Shown here in pieces: positions 38,726 through 51,222 of a stretch of DNA of 64,000 nt. The position numbers and the translations under genes were made by a program. Each line of letters opens with the position of its first letter. Position 1 is the stretch's first letter. Under the pieces are notes generated by a model. The model saw nothing but the letters and a program-made list of their open reading frames with translations. It ran no database searches and was not told the origin of the DNA. Origin of the DNA: Scyliorhinus canicula (taxonomy: Eukaryota); NCBI RefSeq assembly GCF_902713615.1, contig NC_052152.1, positions 44,491,810 through 44,555,809 on the forward strand. Direction: 5' to 3'.

Positions 38726-39491
38726 ATACCTTTGAAAACTGGATGATGATATCCCTTGTGGAGTAACTGATCTGAAGTCACATAGATAAATATTGTCTAC
38801 TGAGCAAACATAGTAGATGGTTCCTAGTATGCTCTGGAGGAACAAAGGAACAGTGCTTTCTTTTCCAGCAGTTCAATATCTCCATACAAATAAGAACTAC
38901 CTGTGAATCACTCTAAATCTTTTTTTCTGAATAATGGAGCAATTGTTGTTATGGAATAAAACCCCTTTGCACTGGCCCTGTCAAAAGCCGTGGTTATCTA
39001 TTATTTGGAGGCATTCATGTTTAGTGGGTTACATATGGCCAGTACCTTGGCCTGAAATTCTTGCATGTTATAGAATCTTAATGGGCTAAAACAAGACCTG
39101 GAAGCTCAAAATAACCAGATCTTTCTCTTCAAAAGGGACTACAGAGATTATCATTAAGTCCTTTGCTGGAATCTTGTGAAGGATTTGTTTCACAACGCAG
39201 CTGGAAACCTGGGAATCTACAATGGTATATATCAGAACTGCATGTTATCCTCTGCAGTCACCTGAGCTCTCCAGCAACTGGATATCTTACTAGGAAACAA
39301 TGTCATTAATATGCTACTAATTGAATCAGCACAATATTTCATCTAATTTACTCTCGGAGAGGCTGTTTTGTGCTTTGCAGCAGTTTCAGAACTCGCTGAC
39401 ATGCAAATATACTGTGAATATGAACATTTATGTTGTACACGATTTGAAAGTTCAGGGAAATGTTGCAATGGAATTATTTTGAAAATATTCA

Positions 39492-39792
39492 GTAGCACAG
39501 TGGGTAGCACTGTTGCTTCACAGCACCAGGGTCCCCATTTCGATTCCCGGCTTGGGTCACTATCTGTGCGAAGTCTGCATGTTCTCTTCGTGTCTGCATC
39601 GGTTTCCTCCGGGTGCTTCGGTTTCCTCCCACAAGTCCCGAAAGATGTGCTATTAGGTAATTTGGACATTCTAAATTCTCCCTCTGTGTACCTGAACAGG
39701 AGCCGGAATATGGCAACTCGGGGATTTTCACAGTCACTTCATTGCAGTGTTAATATAAGCCTACTTGTGACACTAAGATTACTATTAATATA
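39492..39792 (+). mobile_element. V-SINE family C (HE1-type head, different tail)
   Basis: Same head and V-domain as HE1. Tail caggagccggaatatggcaactcggggattttcacag...ctacttgtgacac, ending (att)n. Confidence 0.88.
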
Positions 39793-40388
39793 TTCAACCT
39801 TTTCAGCTTGCCAAATAACTTGCTGTAATTATGCAAAGGTTCCTAAAATGCCTTCTAGATATTTTAGAAAATTCACATATATAGAAATTTGAACACCCAT
39901 CCTCTTCTACCTCCCAATGAGTACTGATTGTAGTGTTGCTGTGGTCCAGTTAATTCAGGGAGTTAGCATAGCCTTGGCGGCATGTGCTTTTACATGCATG
40001 CTGTGGTCTGGAGCTAGGGATATTGATGGTTGAGGTTCCAACATACTTTCCATCACGTGGCTGACCAATAATTTCTCCCATTCTTATCGCTTGCTATTAG
40101 TGTGTGATCGAAAAATCTGCAAGTTGACACTTAACATGGCCAAATAGGTCCTGGGGTGGAAGTTGAGCCCGGAGATTCTGGCTCCAAGGCAGCAAAGCTA
40201 CCCATTGTGCCACAGGAACCCCTTAGTACTGTTTGTGCAAATAACAATTATAGATAACCCTAAGCATCCCAGAAATTGTTATCTCAACATTTAGCAAGAT
40301 TGCTTTTAATTTTCCAGTTGTAAAATTGTTGTTTGCCTGTCTTTGGAATCGATTATTGCTTTACAAAAGATAGGTTAAAACAACATAC

Positions 40389-40478
40389 CCTTTTTGCTCC
40401 AATTCCAGCCTCTGTGTCTTGGTTCCTGTTCTTCAACCTGAGGTGCGAATAGTCATCTTGATCTTTCTTCTGCAAGGG
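40389..40478 (-). CDS. CD247: CD247 exon 4, PLQKKDQDDYSHLRLKNRNQDTEAGIGAKR (completes ITAM1)
   Basis: Acceptor cttctatcatttttgcag| and donor AGG|gtatgt. 90 nt, phase 0-0. Completes YQPL-x7-YSHL. Confidence 0.92.
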
Positions 40479-40907
40479 CTGCAAAAATGATAGAAGTTCT
40501 GATTACCCTGACAAATTCTCCCAACTATAATAAAATCTATTTCTCGGAGGTTCAGATCAATCATGTTAACCATCTAAATATTATCCTCGGGCTTGTTACT
40601 CCATTAAAATTTGATAAATAAACCGAAGAGTATTTTTGTTTCAAATTGAGCAATGACTGAGAGAAGCTGACTTCTAATGCCAGTGTTCTGTCAAATGACG
40701 TCTACTAAACTTTCAGCAGATCTCCTGTTGAAAATTTTTATAAACCATGTTTGACACTACACTGGCATTAGAAGTCAGCTTCTCCACTCTCTGTTTTTCG
40801 GCAGATTACTTGGATCTGTGTGTGTCAGTGGTTTGCCATAGGGTGTTGCTATCTTTACTTGCTCTAAATATGGCAGTCAATAAGGTTGCCCTTCTTTTAT
40901 CTAGATA

Positions 40908-41150
40908 TTGATATTATATTGCTTTCAGAGTCGCCAGGTATAAAATGATACCGCCACAAGGTTCAACCGGGTATCGATCAAAGAGCCAAACAACCAGTTA
41001 GTTAGTTCAAGATCAATGGTACTTTATTTACACAAGATTAACTTACACATGCAACATTAACATTACGAGCTAAACTACACCTAACAGCTATGACAACCTG
41101 TACTTAACTTCAGGCACCTGGCTTAGGTCAGAGGAATAGTGCCCTTTATT
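40908..41150 (-). mobile_element. LTR fragment
   Basis: Minus-strand AATAAA and a terminal ...aatatca. Composition differs from the flanks. Truncated next to a SINE head. Confidence 0.5.
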
Positions 41151-41154
41151 CAAA

Positions 41155-41262
41155 TCGGGAGAATGTGCAAACTCCACATGGACAGTTACCCAGGGCCGGG
41201 ATTCAAACCCGGGTCCTCAGCACCGTAGTCCCAGTATTAACCACTGCGCCACATGCCACCCC
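41155..41262 (-). mobile_element. V-SINE 5' head fragment
   Basis: Reverse complement gives ggggtggcatgtggcgcagtggttaatac...gggtttgaatcccggccctgggtaactgtccatgtggagtttgcac. Confidence 0.7.
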
Positions 41263-41682
41263 TAGGGATCCTATCCTGACAAGGTACCAAATGGGTACCA
41301 AAAAGTGACAATTCTCCAGCTTGGAAGCTGGGATTTTAGACCTCTGTCCTAGCATGTGTGTTGAGTTGACCACTAGCTGTAATGTACCACTAGCTGTCTC
41401 CAGTGCCTTTGTCTTTCCCAAGCTGGGCCCATGGCAGTAGATATTTTGTGACCCACAGCTGTGACCTGGTTGGTAAACATCAAGGCATGTCCAGACAATG
41501 TGCATAAGATGGCATTTTGTGAGTTAAGCAAGTTCAACATCAACATTACTGCTCTCTTAGAGACCAGACTGGCTGACACTAGATCAAATAATGAAGCCAA
41601 TTATTCCTTCTACTTCCATGGCAAAAGTGCAGGTGATCATCGTAAACATGGAATAGGCATTACTGTCAACAACATACAAGAC

Positions 41683-44600
41683 CATAAGACATAGGAGCAG
41701 AATTAGGCCACTTGGCCCATCGAGTCTGCTCTGCCATTCAATTATGGCTGATATTTTCTCATCCCCATTCTCCTGCCTTCTCCCCATAACCCCTGATCCC
41801 CTTATTAATCAAGAACCTATCTATCTCTGTCTTAAAGACACTCAGTGAATTGACCTCCACAGCCTTCTGTGGCAAAGAGTTCCACAGATTCATCACCCTT
41901 TGGCTGAAGAAATTCCTCCTCATCTCTGTTTTAAAGGATCGTAGCTTTAATCTGAGATGGTGTCCTCTTGTTCTAATTTTTCCTACAACTGGAAACATCC
42001 ATCCACATCCACTCTATCCAGGCCTCGCAGTATCCTGTACATTTCAATAAGATCCCCTCTCATCCTTCTAAACTCCAACAAGTACAGATCCAGAGTCCTC
42101 AACCGTTCCTCATACGACAAGTTCTTCATTCCAGGGATCATTCTTGTGAACCTCCTCTAGACCCTTTCCAAGGCCAGCACATCCTTCCTTAGATATGGGG
42201 AAATTCCTCCTTCCAAAGTGCATAACCTCACACTTTTCCACATTGTATTTCATTCGCCACTTCATTGCCCACTTTCCTAGCTTGTCCAAGTCCTTCTGCA
42301 GCCCCCTTGCTTCCTCAATACTACCTGTCCCTCTACAGATCTTTGTATCATCTGCAAACCTTGCAACAGTGCCTTCAGTACCTTCTTCCAGATCATTAAT
42401 GTATATTGTAAAAAGTTGTGGTCCCAGCACAGATCCCTGAGGCACACCACTAGTCACCGGCTGCAATCCTGAAAAATACCCCTTTATCCCCACACTTTGC
42501 CTTTTGCCAGTCAGCCAATCCTCTATTCATGCCAGGATCTTACCCTGAACACCATGAGCTCTTAACCTATTTAACAGTCTCCTAAGCGGCACCTTGTCAA
42601 AGGCTTTCTAAATAAGTCACGTCCACTTGTTCTCCTTTGTCTCACTTCCTTGTTACCTCCTCAAAGAACTCTAATAGATTTGTCAGACATGACTTCCCTT
42701 TGACAAAGCCGTGCTGACTCAGTCCTATTTTACCATGCACTTCCAAGTACTCCGCGATCTCATCTTTAATAACAGACTCTAAAATCTTACCAATGACCGA
42801 AGTCAGGCTAACCGGCCTATAATTTCCCATCTTCTGCCTCCCTCCCTTCTTAAACAGTAGTGTTACATTAGCCACTTTCCAGTCCCCTGGGACACTTCCT
42901 GCCTCCAGTGATTCCTGAAATATCATCACCAATGCCTCCACAATTTCCTCAGTTATCTCTTTTAGGACCCTGGGGTGTAGTCCATCCGGTCCAGGTGACT
43001 TATCCACCTTCAGACCTTTCAGTTACCACAGAACCTTCTCCTTAGTAATGGTCACTGCACTCACCTTTGCCCCCTGGTTCTCCTGGAGCTCTGGCATCCC
43101 ACTGGTTTCTTCCACCGTGAAAACTGATACAAAGTAAATATTCAGTTTGTCTGCCATTTCTTTGTTTCCTATTATTACTTCTCCAGCCCCATTTTCTAGT
43201 GGTCCAATGTCTATTTTTGCCTCTCTCTTACCTTTTATTTAATGAAAAAATCTCTTCTTATCTTCCTTTATATTACTAGCTAGCTTGCACTCGTACTTCA
43301 TCTTCTCCCCCCTTATTGCTTTTTTAGTTGTCCTCTGCTCGCTTTTAAAGGCTTCCCAATCCTCTATTTCCCACTAATCCTTGCCACTCTGTGTGCTTTT
43401 TCTTTAGCTTTTCTGCTGTCGACATCCCTCATCAGCCATGGCTGCCTTGTCCTCCCCTTAGTATGTTTCCTCCTCCTTGGGGTGAATTTCTGTTGTGCCT
43501 CCCTAATAACCCCCAAAAACTCCTGCCATTGCTGTTCCACTGTCTTCCCTGCTCGGCTCCTTTTCCAATCAACTCTGGCCGGCTCCTCCCTCGTGTCTTT
43601 GTAGTTACCCTTATTTAATTGTAATACCGTTACATCTGATTGCAGCTTCTGCCTCTCAAACTGCAGGTTAAATTCTATCATATTGTGGTCACTGCTCCCT
43701 AAGGGTTCCTTCACCTTTAGTTCCCTAATCAAGTCTGCCTTATTACACATCACCAAATCCAGAATTGCCTGTTCCTTAGTGAGCTCTGTCACAATCTCTT
43801 AGACATTCCACAAATTCCATTTCTTGGGATCCACTACCAACCTGATTTTCCCAGTCCACCTGCATATTGAAGTCCCCCATGATTATTGCAATATTGCCAT
43901 TTTTACATGCATTTCCTATCTCCTGATTTATTTTCTGCCCCAGGAGACAGGACTGCTGCTAGGGGGCCTGTACATAACTCCCATCAGGATCTTTTTACAT
44001 TTGCGATTCCTCAACTCTACCCACAGAGATTCTATGTCTTCTGATCCTATATCGCTCCTTGCTATCAATTTAACTTCATTTCTTATGAACAATGCAACTC
44101 CGCCCCCTTTGCCCATCTGCCTGTCATTTCGATAGGACATATATCCTTGGATATTTAGATCCCAGCCCTATCCCCTTGCAACCACGTCTCTGTGGTGCCC
44201 ACACCATCGTACTGGCCAATTTCAATGAGCGCAACAAGCTCATTTACCTTGTTCTGTATACTGCGCGCATTTAGGTACAACACCCTCAATCCTGCATTGG
44301 CCACCTCCCTTTTCACACTCTCTTCAGTCACTGTACCCTGTACTGTGGCCCTTTTTGATTTTTGACTATGGTTTCACTGCCTTACACTTTCCCCCTTACT
44401 GCTTTCTGTTTCTGGCCCCATTTTACTTCCCTCCGACTTCCTGCATCGGTTCCCATCCTCCTGCCACATTAGTTTAAACCCTCCCCAACAGCTCTAGCAA
44501 GCACCCACCCAGGACATCGGTTCCACTCCTGTCCAGGTGCAGACCATCCAGTTTGTACTGGTCCCACCTCCCCCAGAACCGGTCCCAATGCCCCAGGAAT

Positions 44601-45180
44601 TTGAATCCCTCCCTCTTGCACCATCTCTCGAGCCATGCATTCATCCTATCTATCCTGACATTACTACTCTGACTAGCTCGTGGCACTGGTAGCAATCCTG
44701 AGATTACTACCTTTGAGGTCCTACTTTTTAGTTTAACTCCTAACTCCCTGAATTCAGCTTGTAGGACCTCGTCCCTTTTTCGCGTATGTGCACCACGACA
44801 GCTGGCTGTTCTCCACCCCCCCCCCCCCCCCCCCTCCCCCAGAATGTCCTGCAGCCGCTCCGAGACATCCTTGACCCTTGCACCAGGAAGGCAACATACC
44901 ATCCTGGAGTCTCAATTACGTCCGCAGAACCACCTGTCTATTCCCCTTACGATTGAGTCCCCTACCACTATAGCCCTACCATTCTTCTTCCTGCCCTCCT
45001 GCGCAAAGAGCCAGCCACGGTGCCATGAACCTGGCTGCTGCTGCCTTCCCCTGGTGAGCCAACTCCCTCAACAGTATCCAAAGCGGTATATCTGTTTTGC
45101 AGGGAGATAACCGCAGGGGGCACCTGCACTGCCTTCCTACTCTTGCTCCTTCTTTTGGTCACCCATTTTCTATCTCCCTA
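41683..45180 (-). mobile_element. Near-full-length CR1 LINE with internal deletions, sense to CD247
   Basis: ORF1 SGNH esterase (44474-44902), endonuclease (43364-44140), RT (KSPGPDGLHPRVLKE 42642-43007; GVPQGSVLGP...FADDTK 42110-42493) and a ...tcctatgtcttatg tail. Confidence 0.92.
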
Positions 45181-45964
45181 TATTGATGTAGGTATCTGGG
45201 ATGCCTGTCGTAATCTCTAAATGCCTCCTATCTCTTTGTCTATCAGGTGTAGGTTTCGTCACCATCATCTGCACTTATCCACCAACCTTCTATTGCAATG
45301 GTGAAATCAAAGATTGCTTCTCCAGCACGCTAGATGATGTTCTGGAATATCTCCCACATGGAGAAAAGTTATTTGTCCTGGGACATTTTAGCGTAAGAGT
45401 TGGATCAGACTGAGTTTCATGGCAAAGGTCCCTCAGTCACCATGGTGTTGGCAAGATAAACGGAAACAGACGTGGCTATTGAACTTTGTGCACAATGTAG
45501 ATTTTGTGTTGCTAACAGGTGTCATGATGAAATCCTAGATCTGGTCACTGGCACCAACTTGATCTGATAATCACAACAGAAGTCTGATCTGTCCAGCATT
45601 CTTCACACACTTATCACAGTTCAAACTGTGATACTGATCATTTGTCAGCAGCATTACTGAAAGTGCAATCACAAAAAATACACAAGTCTAAGCACAATAG
45701 CGTTTCACATATCAACATTCCATACTCAAGCGAAGACGATAAATGTCAGAAGCTCTTGGGCAATCCCTTTCTCCTGAGGGCTCACCAGGTAACTCTGATG
45801 AAGCATGGAACTGTGCAGTCAATCATCATTGAATCTGCAATAACCACGTTTGACAAAGGAAGAAACAGGAACAAAGATTGGTTTAAGACTCGCCTTGCAG
45901 AAATTACTACTGTTCTTGAAGCAAAGACGGCAATTCACCTGGCTTGCAATATGCCTCCTAATCA

Positions 45965-46309
45965 GGGTAGCATGGTGGTTAGCATAAATGCTTCACAGCT
46001 CCAGGGTCCCAGGTTCGATTCCCGGCTGGGTCACTGTCTGTGTGGAGTCTGCACGTCCTCCCCCTGTGTGTGTGGATTTCCTCCGGGTGCTCCGGTTTCC
46101 TCCCACAGTCCAAAGATGTGCGGGTTAGGTGGATTGGCCATGCTAAATTGCCCGTAGTGTCCTAATAAAAGTAAGGTTAAGTGGGGGGGGTTGTTGGGTT
46201 ACGGGTATAGGGTGGATACGTGGGTTGAGTAGGGTGATCATGGCTCGGCACAACATTGAGGGCCGAAGGGCCTGTTCTGTGCTGTACTGTTCTATGTTCT
46301 ATGTTCTAT
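45965..46309 (+). mobile_element. HE1-type V-SINE (family A), full length, intron 3
   Basis: Head, V-domain and HER1-type tail with (ttcta)n. Highly similar to 36894-37262 in the opposite orientation. Confidence 0.92.
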
Positions 46310-47180
46310 ATGTCGCAATCTTATGCTAGCCAAAGCACTTCTGCAAAAAAACAGCCAAGTACCGAGCCAATAAGTATAGGATCAATCTATATGAAGAAAT
46401 GCTGCTGTTAGTGGCACCAGTAATCTTTCTATGACAGTATCAAAAGAGCACTGTCACACCATCACCAAGGTTGCTCCTTTCAAATCTGCAACTGGGGAGG
46501 TATTCACTAACAGGGACAAGCAAATGACCCGCTGGTTAGAGCACTACTCTGAGTTATACTTAAATGAGACTGATATCTCTCTGCCTGTGCTTGATGATCT
46601 TCTACGTCTACCTGTCACGCATGAGCTTGATGCAGAATCCTCAATACTTGAGCTCCACAAGGCAATTGACTCCCTAGTAGAAAGGAAAACACCTGAAAAG
46701 GATAGAATATCAACTCAGCTGCACAAGTATGCAAAGTTCCACCTGCTGTCATACCTCCACGACCACCTCCTCTGCTGGAGAGAAGGTTCTGTCACACCGG
46801 ATATGCATGACACAAGCACCATCATGTTATACACCAACATAGGTGCTCCAGGGAATTGCAACAACTACTGGGACATCTCACTCTTCAGCGTTACTTGGAA
46901 GATCTTTACAAGGGTCAAGGTAATGAGGTTTTATTGACTAACGAGAAGAATATTCCCAGAGGTAGAATGTGGCTTCGGAGCAGTAGATCCACTGTAGACA
47001 TGACAGATGATCAGGTGGGAAACGCCAAAACCTATCAAGATTGAAAGCCAAGACTAAAGTGCAGCATAGCCTGATAAGAGAACTTCTGTATTCAAATGAT
47101 ACTGAACTAGTTGTCCAGACAGATGACCAACTCCAAGGTCTCATGAATCGCCTGTCCCATGCTTGTGTGATGTCCTCCTT

Positions 47181-47676
47181 CATAAAGTCATAGAGGTTTA
47201 CAGCATGATAACAGGCCCTTTGGCCCAGCTTGTCCATGCCACCCAGTTTTTACCACTAAGCTAATCCCAATTTCCCACATTTGGCCCATGTCCCACTACA
47301 CCCATCTGGCCCATATAACTGTCTAAATGCTTATTAAGAAACAAATTGTACCCGTCTCTACCACTGCCGCTGGCAGCTTGTTCCAGACACTCACCACCAT
47401 CTGTGTGAAAAAAGTGCCCCGCTGGACCCTTTTGTATCTCACCTTAAACCTCTGCCCTCTAGCATTAGACTCCCTACTTTTGGGAAAGTTGTTGACTATC
47501 TTATCTATGCATCTTATTATTTTATAGACCTCTAAAAGATCACCCCTAAGCCTCCTACGGGAATAAAGTCGCAGTCTATCCAGCCTCTCCTTATAACTCA
47601 AACCATCAAGGCCCGGTAGCATCTCAGTAAATCTTTTCTGCACTCTTTCTAGTTTAATAATATCCTTTCTATAATA
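47181..47676 (-). mobile_element. CR1 LINE 3' end
   Basis: ORF 47323-47688 (YRKDIIKLERVQKRFTEMLPGL) plus a CR1 terminal hairpin. Confidence 0.85.
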
Positions 47677-48156
47677 GGCCAGTTTCACTGTGTTGACAAA
47701 ACACTTAAGTCATTTGAGAGATTTGTGCAATAACAGGATGGGAACTGGTGAACACGGGGAAACAGTGAAAAACGCAGATCTATTTTGGATTCCTCAAAGC
47801 AGATGGAATTGTGTTGGTCCAATTAATTTTCAGCAGTAAATATTACAAACAATACTCTGTATGTACGTTTGCCCCACCTTTATCTAGAGCCATCACCAAA
47901 ATGGTGAGTAATATTTCCGGTAAAGGTGAATGATTTCTGGGTGACAAGCAACTGAACACTGATGCAGCTCAGTGTAAAAATGCACCTCAATACACTCAGG
48001 GTTCAGGCCCTTTATTAGTAGTGGGACACAATACCTTCATGATGTGCATAGCCACAGGGATAACAGCATTCTGATTTGCGTTAGGTCTAATAAATTGTAT
48101 AACACAGCAACAGTCAAAGAGCTAACCGATTTAAGGAAATGAAAACACATGCTTAC

Positions 48157-48225
48157 TTGATATTGGTCTTCTACCTGCATTTGGTTTGCAGGAACATCTT
48201 CATTTTTACCTTTTACTTTGGAGAA
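48157..48225 (-). CDS. CD247: CD247 exon 3, FSKVKGKNEDVPANQMQVEDQYQ (first Tyr of ITAM1)
   Basis: Polypyrimidine acceptor ttctttttcattttgttctcaaag| and donor CAA|gtaagc. 69 nt, phase 0-0. Begins FS like human exon 3 and ends one codon after the ITAM Tyr. Confidence 0.92.
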
Positions 48226-48500
48226 CTTTGAGAACAAAATGAAAAAGAACATTTTGCAAAAATTAATTGAATTTACTAATCCCATTGCCTGCTGTAAATA
48301 TGTTGCTAATGTAACTAATGAAAATAACCAGTTGGATCCTCATGCTCCAAGAAATTCTAAGTAAAGTCCAAATTTTGCAATAAGAGCAAAATATTGTTGA
48401 TACTGGAAAACTGAAATAAATAGAAAATGCAGGAAGTACTCAGCAGGTCTGGCAACATCTGTGGACAGAACCAGAGATAACGTTCTGTGTCTGCATGACT

Positions 48501-48676
48501 TTAGCTCACTGGGCTAAATCGCTGGCTTTTAAAGCAGACCAAGCAGGCCAGCAGTACGGTTCGATTCCCGTACCAGCCTCCCCGGACAGGTGCTGGAATG
48601 TGGCGACTAGGGGCTTTTCACAGTAACTTCATTGAAGCCTACTCGTGACAATAAGTGATTTTCATTTCATTTCATT
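48501..48676 (+). mobile_element. SINE family B
   Basis: Near-identical to 33491-33683, slightly 5'-truncated. Confidence 0.88.
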
Positions 48677-48820
48677 TCTTCTGAGTTAAAGAGAAATGTG
48701 ATGGACTATATACTCTTTGAATGGGGGGGGGGGGTTGGAGCAAAATAAAAGGTCGGGGGAGTTGGGAGAGATTGACAAAGGTGTCATGGGCAGAAGATAA
48801 AAGGAGTGGTAATGGTGGCA

Positions 48821-49135
48821 TATGGGCGATACGGTAGCACAGTGGTTAGCACTGTTGCTTCACAGCATCAGGGACCCAGGTTCCTGGCTTGGGTCACTGT
48901 CTGTGCGTAGTCTGCATGTTCCCCCCGTGTCTGCGTGGGTTTCTCCCACAAGTCCCAAAAGACATGCTTGTTAGGTGAATTGGACATTCTGAATTTCCCC
49001 CCAAGTGTACCCGAACAGGCACCGGAGTGTGGCAACTAGTGGTTTTCTTAACTTAATTGTAACTTAACACAATAACTTAATTGCAGTGTTAGTGTAAGCC
49101 AACTTGTGACACTAATAAAGTTTATTATTGTTATA
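48821..49135 (+). mobile_element. V-SINE family C
   Basis: Head, V-domain and family C tail. Confidence 0.85.
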
Positions 49136-51118
49136 AAGTTAAGATGGCAGAATGTGTTCATAGCAGAACAAAGGTCAGCACTCTGTGAAAGCAAAACGTC
49201 AAAACAAGTGACCGCTGTGGGGTGCCAAACATTCCTTTTAGGTGAAGCAGTGGTTCACTTGCACCTTCTTCAGTTTGGTCTGATGTATACTCACCGTCCG
49301 GCTCTCATGCCCATACGCCCATCCTTGACCTGCTGCAGTGTTCCAGTGAATCCCAACACAAACTGGAGGAGCAGCATTTCATCTTCCGATTCGGCACTTT
49401 ACAGCCTACTGGAATCATCATTGAGTTCAAGAACTTCAGAGGGCGAGCTCCCTCCTCCATCTTCACCACCTTTTTTCATCCAATTTTTAGTCCCACCCCC
49501 AGACAACCACCCACAAGACTTCCTCTCACTTTTTCTGAAGTTTCGCTTTCACAGACCACAGACCTTTGTTCTTCTCTTAACACATTCTGCTCTCTTACCT
49601 TTATGTCACGATGTGCACCTTCTGTAATTTTTAACACTGCTATTAACACAGCCTTTGTCTTGTGCTCATGGCACCTTGTCAATCTCTACCGAGCTCCCAC
49701 CTTCCCCTGACCTTTTATTTTGCTCCACCTGCTCCACCCCACCTTAAACATCCATCACATTTCTTCCTCTTTTTCGCTCTGAAGGAGTCATATTGACTCT
49801 AAACGTTAACTCTGTTTATCACTTCATACATGCTTCCAGAGCTACTCATGCATTTTCTGTTTTAATTCCAGATTTTTCAATTTGTTTTATGTAATGAAAA
49901 ACCAGTATCCCAACAGGCACAGTCTTCCACACTTCCGCATTACCAACAGTTATCAACAGTTATGCTTATATGGGAAGGTGGGGGTGGGAGAGAATTTGAA
50001 AATACATTTAAATTAGGCCACTTTCCTGTTACTTCTTACAACCAGCGTAAGGGGTGGAAAAGAACTGGTCATGTTTACCCTTTCAACCCCAATTCCTATG
50101 TGGCCCATGGAGTGCTGATAGGATAAAATAATTGGGAAATTACAATAAACCGTGCACTTTCACAAAATATCTTGCACTAAAAAGGCATTGTGTTCAGGGG
50201 GGGGGTGAAATTTGAAAAGTCTCCAAACATCCTGATTGGATTTTGAGTGATGATAAATAAGTTTTTTTCTTTCACGAGTGCTATCTTGGGTCTGTAATAC
50301 AATGTAAAAAGAAGTATTTTTCTGCTAAAATGAATGTGTTAATTGTTGTTGACTGATGATGAGGTCCCGGGTCTACTTGCTAGCTTGTCAGAGATACTAA
50401 CCTGCACCAGGAAGGGAACAAAATACTCCCATCGATGAATGGGCAATCATCCCCTTTTTGTTTTGAAACAAATGTACTTTTAATCTGTATGGTTTTTGTT
50501 AGTTTAATACTCGGGAAGAGGTGAAGCACTGAAACCTCAGGATAAATACTCTTTGTGCACTAGTAATTGCCACAGCTGCCTTTGGGGGGGAAGAAATCAG
50601 CAGGACTAAATCATGCTGCAATAAAGCAGGAAAAATGAAAAATATATCTAATTAAAAAAGAATGCTTTATGTGCTTCGGGCCACATTCACATTGTTTGAA
50701 ACATCTATACAATAATTGGAGCAATTGAGGGAGTTTACTTTTACATTTTAAATATTCTTTGCTCTGATGTCTTGTTTCAAGTTAGATTACAAAATTCACA
50801 AAATCAAAAGAACCAGAGAGCCTCACTACCTGGATAATTTCATTAAGGAATCACCGTGCTCTCCCACTCAATGCTGCAGCACATCAACATCTAGATTGTG
50901 ACATCCACTGGGAATACTGCACATGAATCATGGGAGCGATGTCGATTGATTTTCTCCCCATACATTTTGAACTAGTACATTGTCTGTCCATTAGAACAAA
51001 TTCACAATGATGCTGTAGAATGACCTGGAGACATGTGCACTGTTCCTCGTTTCTAACAAATATTTAATTTATGGTTCCTGTAAAACTCAACAATAGCATA
51101 TAATGGCAAATGACTTAC

Positions 51119-51222
51119 CCTCAGTTTGAGGTAGAGAGCGGTGATTATAATCCCATACACAAAGAGAATTCCATCGAGAATATAACACAATCTAGGGTCA
51201 CTCAGCTCCATAACTTCCGCAT
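51119..51222 (-). CDS. CD247: CD247 (CD3 zeta) exon 2: short ectodomain plus transmembrane helix, (D)[34 protein letters not shown]
   Basis: Acceptor ...gccatttcgacag| and donor AGG|gtaagt. Length 104 nt, phase 1 to 0, the same length and phase as human exon 2. The [16 protein letters not shown] motif closely matches human DPKLCYLLDGILFIYG, including the dimerisation Cys and TM Asp. Confidence 0.97.

Larger units (their letters stand above)
41300..47175 (+). mobile_element. RTE-clade LINE in intron 3, split by three younger insertions
   Basis: Endonuclease ELSKFNINITALLETRLAD...FYFHGKS (41520-41680) resumes at 45200 (TIICTYPPT...LFVLGHFSVRVG). RT remnants at 46600-47170. Confidence 0.8.
48382..49880 (+). 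mobile_element. Penelope-like element 3' end with inverted terminal repeat, intron 2
   Basis: GIY-YIG C-terminal remnant (QVKQWFTC...LEEQHFIFRFGTLQPTGIIIEFKNFR, 49240-49440). 48382-49200 is the reverse complement of 49540-49880 once two SINE insertions are removed. Confidence 0.8.
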
